Positions 11,956 through 23,023 of a stretch of DNA of 64,000 bases are shown here, piece after piece. The stretch is from Rhynchopus sp. YZ270_cl-10 (taxonomy: Eukaryota). Numbering within the stretch: the stretch's first letter is position 1; each line of letters begins with the position of its first letter. The stretch spans positions 1,550,001 to 1,614,000 of the forward strand of contig OZ037838.1 in the NCBI GenBank assembly GCA_964035575.1, written 5' to 3'. The notes beneath the pieces are model-generated. The model was not told the origin of the DNA. It ran no database searches and saw only the letters and a program-made list of their open reading frames with translations. A program made the position numbers and the translations under genes.

Positions 11956-13231
11956 TGAATGAAGGTGACTAAGGTGTTCATAAAATTTTTATAAAACACT
12001 CATAAAATTTTCTTTCTTTTTTCCCCACAACGTCTTCAATTGTGCGTTGCATCCTGAGGAGGCATCTGCCATTTAAATACGTTTCTTTCTCGGGAAAGAC
12101 TTCAAAACGTTGTGGTCTTTCTCCCATCCCCCTGTTTTTTTATTCCCTTAATTAACCATTGTTGGCATGCCTTTTTCCCCCACACAACTTCTCCCGCATT
12201 TTTCATGGATGCATTGGAGCAAGCTCTTGTGTTGCTGCATTCTATTCTGTTGTGCGCGCTTTTTTAGTTTGCGCATATTTTCTCCCCCGCACCCCCTAAT
12301 ATTTTTTAGTGGGATTTCTAGTAATTTGGATCTTCCCTTCCCGCTTTATTTTACCCCATATTTGGTGAACCCACATTTGTGTTTTACAAACGTTACTGTG
12401 TCAAGGCAAGAAAACTCGATGGTGTGTGTGTGTGTGGCGCTTCCTCCTGCGAAGCAACGCGACTCATCTTAATTGTTTTTTTACTTTTGCTTTTATTTTG
12501 TCAAGATGCCTACGTTGGAGGTCATCTGCCTTTTTTCTCTTGTATTTTTTCTTTGCCTGCAGTAAGCATTTTGTATTACGTGAGGGATGTACACTTCCCC
12601 CCTTCCCTCCCAAGCTTTTTCTTACAACAAAAGCAACAAAACAAACCAAACGAAAACAGTACACGGTTGACACATGATGAAACAAAGATATAACATACAC
12701 TGGCCCTATTGATCACCCCAGTGTACCCCTATTCTTTCACTATAGCCATACTAGCTCCCCCGCCACCCCCCTCCGTTCGTCACAACGTTACTTAGTCAGC
12801 ATCCCCATTAGGTCACGTCATGCCACCAGGTAGGAGGCCGTCTGTCGCTACTCTCCAAATCCACAGTCAACACTGTCTCCAGGGCCTTGAGGGCCTCCTT
12901 AAGCATTTCCCTACAGGACAAAGTACCAAGTACAGTACACCTGCGTCTTTGCAGGCGACGTGAAATCTTTGAAATTTCTCCAAGAGAGCGATGGCGTACC
13001 ACCATTGTAGGAGCCTTCTCGTATTCTCCACGGCGAGCACCACTTCGACCCAACTCTTCGGAAAAAACCAAATCCTTTTGGCCGAGCCTTCATGTTGACC
13101 GACTGTAGCAGCTTGCCGGAGGGGTATTCTCCGGCCCCCAGCCCTCACCCCTTCCACGTGTCCACCCTCAGCTCCAACTGTCCACCAAACAGAACATTAA
13201 ATTGCATCACACCAACGCAGCTCTTGAAACA

Positions 13232-14305
13232 ATGATGGATGTGACCTTTGAGCTGGAAGAGTCAGGCGTGACTGCGACAGTGGAGGTGCCGTGCGAGGCG
13301 GACGTTGCAGCGGCAAAGGAGGTTGCGTGCACGGCGCTTGCTGTCTCGCCTGCGTCTGTCGAGATGCGCATCGGCACGCAGGTGCTGGAGGGGACGTGCC
13401 GTCTGCAGGACACTGCGTTTGATGCAGGGGTGCAGGTTGTGCTTGCCCGCCGCTTGGCCGACATCAAGTGTCCTGCTGAGTACAGTGTAACGAATACGGG
13501 ATGCGTGATACTGTCGCGTTGTGGAGCGCTCTGCATCTATCGTGACTTGGAAAGGCATGTTGTTGGTTTCGACACAGAAACCTTCGAGACTGTCTTCTCG
13601 TTCAAAGTAGCCTCATCCAGAATGTGCGGTCCGCTTGCCATCTCGCAGTGCAAGACACGCTGCTACGTGGCGTGTGGGGATAGCCTTCTCGAGGTTGCGC
13701 TTCCGGGTGGGGAGGTGATCCGCCAAGTCGACGGCCCTTCATATTTAGTGTTCGCGTGTGGTGGTGTTGTTGTCTCACGCAGCCCAGACGGCGTCTCTGT
13801 GTATGATGAAGACCTGACGTTGCTCCGCTCTCTCTCGCACAAAGTGTGTGAATACATGGTGGTGTCTGACTGTGGTGGGTGGGTGCTCACCTCCTCCGAG
13901 AAGGACGTACGTCTGTGGGATGTGAACACAGGTGAAGCTGTGGCATGTGTGCCTACGCATGCGAGTCACGCAGCGATTTCAAGGTCTGCCTCTGTCTTTG
14001 CTGTGCCCGTGGGCAACACCGTGCACCTCTATGACTGGAGTGGTGAGGCTCTTCGCAGTGTTGATGTGGGTGCGCGTGTCTGTGGCATGCAGTTCACACC
14101 GTGTGGGAAGTACCTTGTGGTCCGTGCTGCTATTACCGGTTACATAAACCTATACAAACTACACCAGTTCGATATGGCAACCATGTCTCGTGTCCTTGTG
14201 ATTCCGGATGTAGGTATGTCGTTTGCGGTATCGCCGTGCTCACGTGTGGTTGTGTTCGGGACACACGCGGAAAAGGTGTTGACGAGACACCTGTACCCAC
14301 ACTAG
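13232..14305 (+). CDS. Ubiquitin-like domain + WD40-like beta-propeller protein, copy 1 (357 aa)
   Basis: MMDV start is shared by all four paralogs. Ubl pattern ends VQVVLARR. WD motifs VRLWDVNTG, VHLYDWSG and MQFTPCGKYLVV. Confidence 0.85.
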   Translation: MMDVTFELEESGVTATVEVPCEADVAAAKEVACTALAVSPASVEMRIGTQVLEGTCRLQDTAFDAGVQVVLARRLADIKCPAEYSVTNTGCVILSRCGALCIYRDLERHVVGFDTETFETVFSFKVASSRMCGPLAISQCKTRCYVACGDSLLEVALPGGEVIRQVDGPSYLVFACGGVVVSRSPDGVSVYDEDLTLLRSLSHKVCEYMVVSDCGGWVLTSSEKDVRLWDVNTGEAVACVPTHASHAAISRSASVFAVPVGNTVHLYDWSGEALRSVDVGARVCGMQFTPCGKYLVVRAAITGYINLYKLHQFDMATMSRVLVIPDVGMSFAVSPCSRVVVFGTHAEKVLTRHLYPH

Positions 14306-14524
14306 GCACAGGTGTGTCCACCGAGACGGAACCAAACTTGCAGAAGCTGTCATGCCTCTCCCGCTGGCGCAGTCCTACAGCATTGCTGAGTACGAGGGCA
14401 GCTGCGGCGGCAACCCACAAGAGTGTGATCTGGGGGTGAGGAAGCGTTCCAACTCTTCAATATCTCCCCCATTTTTTTATTCGTGATTTTTCCATCCCCC
14501 CGTTTTTTAGAATCAACAGAATGT

Positions 14525-14890
14525 GCTGTCGGAGGTGCCTGCATCAACAACTACCACTTTATTTTTCAAAACAAACTGAGTTTTTTTGTTTGGGGGGGTT
14601 TCACCCCCTCTCACAATTTTTTTGGAGTTTTTAGGGGCCAAAAGGCCTCTCTTTTCCCATGGTGCATAGAAACAGATCAAAATAAACTGATCTACGCAAA
14701 TCAGAGGAATAACTTCCCTTTTTTTATTATTATCTTTTTAGGAAAGGTGAGAGCCCGACGAGGCACTTTCACCTTTTTTCAAAAATAAAGTCATTTAAAG
14801 AAAATGATAGAGTCTCTAAGACAACAGATGTGTACGCAAAGCCACATTTCATTCAAAAGATTTAAAGGGGGGCACTTTTATTTTTCGGGA
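14525..14890. repeat. Dispersed non-coding repeat, copy 2
   Basis: Matches 7417-7798; 14497-14524 also matches ~7900-7928. Confidence 0.85.
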
Positions 14891-15250
14891 CCCTCCGTTA
14901 GGCAGCAATTATGGAGTGATGTGAAAAGCAAGGAGCGTGGGGACATCTGCCCCTCATCATTCGTAGGCACACACCACTCCTACGCCCGCAAGGAGACTGC
15001 AAAAGGTATTCGGACGTCATCTCGGTCAGAACCGCATTCCATCACATTACACTCCATATTAGACAAAATACAACCTTTTTGAGGACCGACTCTCCAACCA
15101 TACCTTCAACACCCCACTCCACTCCTTCAAGGGCCATATTCTGCGCAAGGATTAACCTCACTAACCCACAACGGGCCCCCAGCCCTCATCCCTTTCCACA
15201 TGTCCACTAAACAGAACGAAGAAATTTCATCAAACACAGCTCTTGAAACA

Positions 15251-16366
15251 ATGATGGATGTGACCTTTGTGCTGGAAGAATCAGGTGTGACTGCGACAGT
15301 GGAGGTGCCGTGCGAGGCGGACGTTGCAGCGGCAAAGGAGGTTGCGTGCACGGCGTTTGCTGTCTCGCCTGCGTCTGTCGAGATGCGCATCGGCACGCAG
15401 GTGCTGGAGGGGACGTGCCGTCTGCAGGACACTGCGTTTGATGCAGGGGTGCAGGTTGTGCTTGCCCGCCGCTTTGCTGACATCAAGTGTCCTGCTGAGT
15501 ACAGTCTGAAGGAAGGTCAGAACGTAGCAGACCACTGCTCGCTGTCTAGTTGTGGAACGCTCTGCGTCTATAGTAGGGATCAGAGAGGGCGTGTTGGCGG
15601 CTTCGACACTGAAACATTCGACACTGTCTTCTCGTTTGAAGTGGACAATATAGTGCACGGTCCGCCTGCCATCTCGCATTGCAAGACACGCTGCTACCTG
15701 GCGAGTATGCAAGGTCTTACCAAGGTTGCGCTTCCGGGTGGGGAGGTGGTCCGCAAAGTCGGCGGCCACTCGAAGTATGTGTTTGCGTGTGGTGGTGTTG
15801 TTGTCTCCGAAGGCAACGACAGGGTCTCTGTGTATGACGAAGACCTGACGTTGCTCCGCACTCTCTCACACAAATGGTGCAGGAGCATGGCAGTGTCGGA
15901 CTGTGGTGGGTGGGTGATCACCTCCTCCAGGAAGGAGGAGAACGTACGTCTGTGGGATGTGAACACAGGTGAAGCTGTGGCATGTGTTCCTGGGAAAGCT
16001 GCGCATGTGGCGATCTCGCAGGCTGCCTCTGTCTTTGCTGTGGAGTGCCTTGACAAAGTGCAGCTCTATGACTGGAGTGGTGAGGCTCTTCGCAGTGGTG
16101 TTATGGTTGGGAGTTTCCGGGGCATGCAGTTCACCCCGTGTGGGAAGTACCTTGTGGTTAGGGTAGGGATTCCGGGATATGATGGCGAATCATATTCGTA
16201 CAATACACCCCTTCACCAGTATGATGTGGCGACCATGTCCTGTGTGCATGTGATACCGCAAAACTCAAATGCATTTGCGATATCGCCGTGTTCACGTGTT
16301 GTTGTGGTATTCAAACGTGGTGCGGACGCTGTAACAAGGCATCTGTACCCACACAACAGTGAGTGA
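15251..16366 (+). CDS. Ubl + beta-propeller protein, copy 2 (371 aa)
   Basis: Paralog of copy 1. The upstream ATG at 15200 is GTG in copy 4, so MMDV is the preferred start. Confidence 0.85.
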   Translation: MMDVTFVLEESGVTATVEVPCEADVAAAKEVACTAFAVSPASVEMRIGTQVLEGTCRLQDTAFDAGVQVVLARRFADIKCPAEYSLKEGQNVADHCSLSSCGTLCVYSRDQRGRVGGFDTETFDTVFSFEVDNIVHGPPAISHCKTRCYLASMQGLTKVALPGGEVVRKVGGHSKYVFACGGVVVSEGNDRVSVYDEDLTLLRTLSHKWCRSMAVSDCGGWVITSSRKEENVRLWDVNTGEAVACVPGKAAHVAISQAASVFAVECLDKVQLYDWSGEALRSGVMVGSFRGMQFTPCGKYLVVRVGIPGYDGESYSYNTPLHQYDVATMSCVHVIPQNSNAFAISPCSRVVVVFKRGADAVTRHLYPHNSE

Positions 16367-16993
16367 TGTGTGACCTAGGGGGAGTGGTGATGAATATACC
16401 CCAGGGTACCAACAAAAAAAACCCAAGACCGAACACCCCCAAGGGACACTAACTTTTTAGCCCTGTTGCAGAAACACTTATCCCACCTTCTTATTTGTCC
16501 TTGCGAAGTGACGCCACCAACCATCATTCTGTGCAAGAATTACCCTCACTGGACATCAACCACTCAACTCCACTCATTTTTTTCAATGCGAGCCTTCTCG
16601 TATTCTCCACGGCGAGCACCACTTCGACCCAACTCTTCGGAAAAAACCAACTCCTTTTGGCCAAGCCTTCATGTTGACTGACTGTAGCAGCTTGCCGGAG
16701 GGGTATTCTCCGTAATCAGTATCAAGGTGCTTCACAAACCTGTGCCCGTGGCGGCAACGTCAATGCTAATGATTCAGCATTGCCAACGCAGGCTTCTGCG
16801 ACGCACAGCGTTGCCTTGGTTGGTGGATGCACCCTAACGGTTTCTTCCCACCAGGCGCATTGTTGCGTTTTGCGTAGCCGTTAACAAAACAATGGGCTCC
16901 CAGCCCTCATCCCTTCCACGTGTCCACCCTCAGCTCCAACTGTCCACCAAACAGAACATTAAATTGCATCACACCAACGCAGCTCTTGAAACA

Positions 16994-18145
16994 ATGATGG
17001 ATGTGACCTTTGTGCTGGAAGAGTCAGGCGTGACTGCGACAGTGGAGGTGCCGTGCGAGGCGGACGTTGCAGCGGCAAAGGAGGTTGCGTGCACGGCGCT
17101 TGCTGTCTCGCCTGCGTCTGTCGAGATGCGCATCGGCACGCAGGTGCTGGAGGGGACGTGCCGTCTGCAGGACACTGCGTTTGATGCAGAGGTGCAGGTT
17201 GTGCTTGCCCGCCGCTTTGCTGACATCAAGTGTCCTGCTGAGCACAGTGTGCGGGATAACTTGTCTTACTTCTCGTTGTCTCCTTGTGGAACGCTCTGTG
17301 TCTATTTGAACTTTAAAGGTCTCAATCTCAGTGGCGGTTCCAGTTTTGGTGGCGTCGGCTTTGACACAGAAACCTTCGAGACTGCCTTCAAGTTTGAAAC
17401 CGAACTTGGTGGGCTAGGTCCAGCTGCCATCTCACGATGCAAGACACACTGCTACATGGCGTTTAAGTATTATCTTTCCAAGGTTGCGCTTCCGGGTGGG
17501 GAGGTGATCCGCAAAGTCGACGGCCTCTCAACGCGGGTGTTTGCGTGTAGTGGTGTTGTGGTCTCCCAGGGTGAGGATGGCGTCTCCGTGTATGACGAAG
17601 ACCTGACGTTGCTCCGCTCTCTCTCACACAACGGGTGCATGAAGGTTGCATTGTCTGACTGTGGTGGGTGGGTGATCACCTCCTCCGACAAGGAGAAGAA
17701 CGCATGTCTGTGGGATGTGAACACAGGTGAAGCTGTGGCATGTGTGCCTGCGGATGGGAGGGTGGCGCTTTCACGGTGTGCCTCTGTCTTTGCTGTGGAT
17801 TGCCCTGACAAAGTGCAACTCTACGACTGGAGTGGTGCGGCTCTTGGCAGCTTCGATAAAGGGCAGTTTCGCGTCACTTGCATGCGCTTCACTCCGTGTG
17901 GGACATACGTCGTTGTTGGGTTTGTGAGTGGTGACATTGTTCTGTATTCTGAAGAGCACACCCTGCACCAGTATGATGTGGCGACCATGTCCTGTGTGCA
18001 CGTGATACCAAATTCCTACGAAGCCTTTGCGATATCGCCGTGTTCACGTGTGGTTTTATTTGAGTCAGGAGAAAGTTTCGACCTTGTGTCACAGCATCTG
18101 TACCCCTACTTGAGTGATGTTTCGGATGTAAACAGAGAAGAGTAG
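16994..18145 (+). CDS. Ubl + beta-propeller protein, copy 3 (383 aa)
   Basis: Paralog; upstream flank is shared with copy 1. Confidence 0.85.
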   Translation: MMDVTFVLEESGVTATVEVPCEADVAAAKEVACTALAVSPASVEMRIGTQVLEGTCRLQDTAFDAEVQVVLARRFADIKCPAEHSVRDNLSYFSLSPCGTLCVYLNFKGLNLSGGSSFGGVGFDTETFETAFKFETELGGLGPAAISRCKTHCYMAFKYYLSKVALPGGEVIRKVDGLSTRVFACSGVVVSQGEDGVSVYDEDLTLLRSLSHNGCMKVALSDCGGWVITSSDKEKNACLWDVNTGEAVACVPADGRVALSRCASVFAVDCPDKVQLYDWSGAALGSFDKGQFRVTCMRFTPCGTYVVVGFVSGDIVLYSEEHTLHQYDVATMSCVHVIPNSYEAFAISPCSRVVLFESGESFDLVSQHLYPYLSDVSDVNREE

Positions 18146-18159
18146 CCCTCATGAGCACA

Positions 18160-18260
18160 ACAGCGTGCAGCTCTATGATTGTAGCAGTGCGGCTCTTTGC
18201 AGCTTTTATGAAGCATGGGCATGTCAGGGCGTGCAGTCCACCCTGTGTGGGAAGTACCCC
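18160..18260 (+). pseudogene. Degenerate fragment of the propeller coding sequence
   Basis: GTGCAGCTCTATGATTGTAGCAGTGCGGCTCTT...GTGTGGGAAGTACC matches the VQLYDWSG...CGKY blocks but is frame-disrupted. Confidence 0.6.
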
Positions 18261-18731
18261 CTCGCTGTCGCTGAGTACTGCGGTGTGTAGCACTGCGTTG
18301 CTATCGTGCGTTGCATCAGTATTTGCGTTGCACCCTCGACCTACTAGCCTGTGAGGGAATTCATTTTGAGGATAACGACCACACCACCCTTTACCTCTCT
18401 TTTTCACTTTTGCTTTGTTATTCGATCTGCCCCTCATCATTCGTAGGCACACACCACTCCTACGCCCGCAAGGAGACTGCAAAAGGTATTCGGACGTCAT
18501 CTCGGTCAGAACCGCATTCCATCACATTACACTCCATATTAGACAAATAATACAACTTTTTTGAGGACCGACTCTCCAACCATACCTTCAACACCCCACT
18601 CAACTCCTTCAAGGGCCATATTCTGCGCAAGGATTAACCTCACTAACCCACAACCGACCCCAGCCCTCATCCCTTTCCACGTGTCCACTAAACAGAACGA
18701 AGAAATTTCATCAAACACAGCTCTTGAAACA

Positions 18732-19865
18732 ATGATGGATGTGACCTTTGAGCTGGAAGAGTCAGGCGTGACTGCGACAGTGGAGGTGCCGTGCGAGGCG
18801 GACGTTGCAGCGGCAAAGGAGGTTGCGTGCACGGCGCTTGCTGTCTCGCCTGCGTCTGTCGAGATGCGCATCGGCACGCAGGTGCTGGAGGGGACGTGCC
18901 GTCTGCAGGACACTGCGTTTGATGCAGGGGTGCAGGTTGTGCTTGCCCGCCGCTTCTTTGCCGACATCAAGTGTCCTGCTGAGTACACTGTACCACCGGA
19001 CACAGCACGTCCGTGGCTGAGGGTAGCAGACCACTGCTCGCTGTCTAGTTGTGGAACGCTGTGCGTCTATAGTAGGGATGATTGTGGGCATGTTGGCGGC
19101 TTCGACACAGAAACATTCGACACTGTCTTCTCATTTGAAGTGGAAGTGGACCATGAAGTGCACAGTGCGCCTGCCATATCGCAGTGCAAGACACGTTGCT
19201 ACGTGCCATGTTGGGCGGAAGGCCTTTTCGAAGTTGCGCTTCCGGGTGGGGAGGTGGTCCGCAAAGTTGACGGCCCTTCGGGCTCGGTGTTCGCGTGTGG
19301 TGGTGTTGTTGTCTCGCAGGGCAGAGACGGCGTCTCTGTGTATGACGAAGACCTGACGTTGCTCCGCACTCTCTCGCACGAAGGGTGTATGGGTGTGGCT
19401 GTGTCGGACTGTGGTGGTTGGGCGATCACCTCAGAGGAGAAGGTACGTCTGTGGGATGTGAACACAGGTGAAGCTGTGGCATGTGTGCCTGTGGATGGGG
19501 AGTATGTGGCGCTTTCACGGTGTGCCTCAGTCTTTGCTGTGGCGAGCTCTGGCAATGTGCACCTCTTTGATTGGAGTGGTGAGGCTCTTCGTAGTGCTGA
19601 TGTGGATGGGAGTGTTGAGGGCATGCAGTTCACCCCGTGTGGGAAGTACCTTGTGGTGGGGGTAGAGGTTGTGGAATATGATGGCGAATCATATTCATAC
19701 AATACACCCCTTCACCAGTATGATGTGGCGACCATGTCCTGTGTGCATGTGATACCGCAAAACTCAAATGCATTTGCGATATCGCCGTGTTCACGTGTTG
19801 TTGTGGTATTCAAACGTGGTGCGGACGCTGTAACAAGGCATCTGTACCCACACAACAGTGAATGA
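18732..19865 (+). CDS. Ubl + beta-propeller protein, copy 4 (377 aa)
   Basis: Paralog. Flanks are near-identical to copy 2 and the last ~62 aa are identical. Confidence 0.85.
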   Translation: MMDVTFELEESGVTATVEVPCEADVAAAKEVACTALAVSPASVEMRIGTQVLEGTCRLQDTAFDAGVQVVLARRFFADIKCPAEYTVPPDTARPWLRVADHCSLSSCGTLCVYSRDDCGHVGGFDTETFDTVFSFEVEVDHEVHSAPAISQCKTRCYVPCWAEGLFEVALPGGEVVRKVDGPSGSVFACGGVVVSQGRDGVSVYDEDLTLLRTLSHEGCMGVAVSDCGGWAITSEEKVRLWDVNTGEAVACVPVDGEYVALSRCASVFAVASSGNVHLFDWSGEALRSADVDGSVEGMQFTPCGKYLVVGVEVVEYDGESYSYNTPLHQYDVATMSCVHVIPQNSNAFAISPCSRVVVVFKRGADAVTRHLYPHNSE

Positions 19866-20144
19866 TGTGGGAGGGTGGTGATGAATATACCCCAGGGTAC
19901 CAACAAAAAAAACCCAAGACCCTCAAAACACCCCCAAACCCTCTTTTAGCCCTGTTGCAGAAACACTTATCCCACCTTCGTATTTGCCCTTGCGAAGTGA
20001 CGCCACCAACCATCACATCATATTCTGCGCAAGAATTACCCTCACTGGACATCAACCACTCAACTCTACACATTTTTTCCCCACTTTTTTCGATCACATT
20101 CACACCCCCACCATAGACAAAACAAACCCCACACCTCCCTTACG

Positions 20145-22049
20145 ATGCCTACCATTTATAAGAACACAACTGTCTACCAGCCTCCTGGAGCACCTTCGCC
20201 AGGTCACCTCGCTGCGCACACACCGAATGGCGAAGACCGCACCCATGCCGCCCCGAATGTCTCCTCCCAGGCCTCCTCCTCCTCCTCCGTACCACAGCAC
20301 CTATGGGTGGTGTGCCCCGAGATGCCTGAGGCTGCAGGACGTTTTGCGTTGACCGGAGAAACTGTAAATGGAATGCCAACATGGCGGTCTGGTGGGAAGC
20401 CTACTCTATACTGCAATGCCGGAGGGGGGTGGATGATGGGTAGTGATATCGCTGATGTCCGTTCAAATCGTGGGTGGATTGCTTCTAAGACGCCACATGG
20501 CAACGCATTACCCCATATGCACGCGAAATGGGAGGCTGCCGACGGCCACGGCGGCTGGCATCTCCTGCAACGCATCGTCATCTCCGCAACCCCACCACCC
20601 ATGCCGACTTCCCTTTCGGTCACCTCCTCGGTTCACCCAGAGGTTTCCGGAACCTACACCCTCCCCAACGAACCTACCTACCACAACGGATTCCCCTTTT
20701 GGGTGTCCGGAGGGAAACGGCTTTACTCTGGTGAAGGTGGCTGGTGGTTGGTGGACCCTGACCCTAAGCATATGGAGGTCGACCGTGGATTGCTTGCTTC
20801 CACGCAAAAGCATGGTGGGATAGGACCGCATGATATGCTGTCGTGGGAGGTCGCTGATGGAAAAGGAGGCTGGGTGCGTGATGACCGCTGCGCTGTGACC
20901 TCTGCTGATGAGGAAATCAAGAATGTTCCGACAATTTCTCCGGCACATCTTGCGATGGCACCTCCTAAAGGTGGGGTGACAGAAAACCTATTTTTCACAC
21001 CAAACAACAAAACACCAAGCGCAGACAGAGAACTCCAAGAAGAGTTGACGCAGTTAAAGGAGAATACAGTGGAGCGGGAGAAGAAGATGATTGAGGAGAT
21101 CAACAGCCTTAGGGATCAGCTTGCGAATGCAAAGGCGGCAAAGAACCTATTACAAAGCGACCACGATGCGGCCGCCCTTCAGCAGCAACGCATGCGCTCT
21201 GAAAACCTCGACGCAAAAGCAAAGTACGCCACCCTCGAAGCGACCCTCACCACAACAAAAGAGCTCCTCGCGGCCGCCACCACCGAGGCGCAGGAAACCA
21301 ACCAAGAAAAGGAAAAGCTTCTCACCCAAATCGAAGTCCTTCATGAAGCTGCCGCTAAAGCAGACACCATATCCTCTGATGCAAACACCACAAACGCGGC
21401 GCTCCTTTCAGAAGCCTCTGTACGCGAAGCGGTTTTAATCGAAAATTTGAAGGAAATCGAAATTGAGCTTTCGACCTGCCGTTCAGAGATTTCTGCGAGC
21501 GAACGCTTGGCGGATTCTCAGAAGCATGAAACCGCGTTGCGGGAGAGGCTAGCGAGGCGGTTGAGGAAGCAGCTTGCGAAGCAGACCGCGTTGGCGAAGT
21601 CTGAGAAGGACGCATCTTGTGCGAAGCAGCTACTACTGGAAGAGGAAGTGACGGCAGTGAAGAAGGAAGTGGCTGCGGTGGAGGCGGGCTTACAACAGAG
21701 CAACCATGTAAACGAGACGTTGACAGCACGGTGTGCACAATTCGAAAGACTGTTGGAGGGTTCGGAGGAGAAGCTGTCTCAGGTCGAGAGGGAGCGCGAC
21801 GACCATGTGGTGCGTGCGCGTTGTGCCGCTGAGGCGACAGTGCGTGCTGCTGCCGACTCCCTCATGTTGCTTCTCAGAGACAACCCGGAAGACCCGCCCT
21901 CCGGCTGCGAGCGCAGCCTCCCTCCCCCCTCTACTCGTCCCATCCCGCGTGTCAACCCGAGGTCGCCAAGAGGTAGTACTACTCCAGGAAGTTCTCTGTC
22001 TCTCGCTTCGTCGCTTGCAGGGTGGGTACCGCCGTCGTCTGAAGTTTAA
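20145..22049 (+). CDS. Hypothetical 634-aa protein: two ~100-aa Trp/Gly-rich repeat domains followed by a long coiled coil
   Basis: Repeats NGMPTWRSGG...WEAADGHGGW and NGFPFWVSGG...WEVADGKGGW, then E/K/A/L-rich heptads at ~aa 295-570. Confidence 0.85.
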   Translation: MPTIYKNTTVYQPPGAPSPGHLAAHTPNGEDRTHAAPNVSSQASSSSSVPQHLWVVCPEMPEAAGRFALTGETVNGMPTWRSGGKPTLYCNAGGGWMMGSDIADVRSNRGWIASKTPHGNALPHMHAKWEAADGHGGWHLLQRIVISATPPPMPTSLSVTSSVHPEVSGTYTLPNEPTYHNGFPFWVSGGKRLYSGEGGWWLVDPDPKHMEVDRGLLASTQKHGGIGPHDMLSWEVADGKGGWVRDDRCAVTSADEEIKNVPTISPAHLAMAPPKGGVTENLFFTPNNKTPSADRELQEELTQLKENTVEREKKMIEEINSLRDQLANAKAAKNLLQSDHDAAALQQQRMRSENLDAKAKYATLEATLTTTKELLAAATTEAQETNQEKEKLLTQIEVLHEAAAKADTISSDANTTNAALLSEASVREAVLIENLKEIEIELSTCRSEISASERLADSQKHETALRERLARRLRKQLAKQTALAKSEKDASCAKQLLLEEEVTAVKKEVAAVEAGLQQSNHVNETLTARCAQFERLLEGSEEKLSQVERERDDHVVRARCAAEATVRAAADSLMLLLRDNPEDPPSGCERSLPPPSTRPIPRVNPRSPRGSTTPGSSLSLASSLAGWVPPSSEV

Positions 22050-23023
22050 AAAAAAGTTAGAAAAAAAATCTGAGATTTGTGAGATGGAGGAGGGAGAAAA
22101 GAGAGAGTGAGACAGGCTGTTGATTTTGATTTGGGTTTGTTTTTTTTGTTCACTTTTTTTAACTTTTTGACAAATATAAAAAGCCACTTCCGGTTTTTAG
22201 AGTTTTTCTTGGTAGGACACCCCCCCCCTCTCCTGCTGCCCCTTTTTTCCCCATTATATCCCACCCCATTTTCTTTTCGTGTAAAATTAGTTCCCCCCTC
22301 CTTTTAGATAGCCCAAGCACTTTCCCCCCATTTTTTAGTGTAAAAAACGCAATTTTATTTTTGAAGATATTTTTGGATGTGTACGGGCAGTGAGGTGCTT
22401 ATCGTGTAGTACTTAACGTTGACACCCCGACACCAGCCTAAAAAAAGACGAACAGTTGGTGCTTTCGGAAGTCGGTCAACGACCTGTCGGCGACCTGTCA
22501 ATATCAGGGGGTGTGTGTATAGAGTCCCTGTGTCAGCGACCTGTCAATATCGACCCTCCCGGAGCACCAACAGTTTATTATGGTTTTGTGACACCCCATT
22601 TGAAGGTGATCAAGCACGTCCTCGGGTGTCTCGCACAAATACAACTACGTTTTCAAAATCACACCCCCTCCCCCTCTCCCAGTGGTATTTCACTCCCAAC
22701 CTCCCTTTTTTTGTCATGTACTTTTTCCACCCCCGTTAGATTCCACTTAATTTTGTTTTCGAAAAAATATCGCAATAAGATGGTGACCTAGACTCTCACC
22801 ATTTGTCGGGAGTTTGGTGTGCAACACTCAATAACACACACACCCCATCTCGAATGTTGTCAAACAAAAAAGGCCCCCTTTTTCTCTCTATTCTCACCTC
22901 TGTCCCTCTTTTGCATCCCATTTCAACCAATAAACACCACCATTATCAAATGCAGGATTAGTAAATCATCAAAAGCCTTTTCTGGGGGTTTTCCTTCGTA
23001 TTTTTTGGATAAAAAACAAAAAT

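Noticed and set aside
12808..13100. Minus-strand remnant resembling a dynamin GED helix (REMLKEALKALETV)
   Set aside because: The similarity is too short and subjective to support.
13232..19865. Diversity-generating retroelement
   Set aside because: No reverse transcriptase or template repeat is present; differences include indels and are not adenine-specific.
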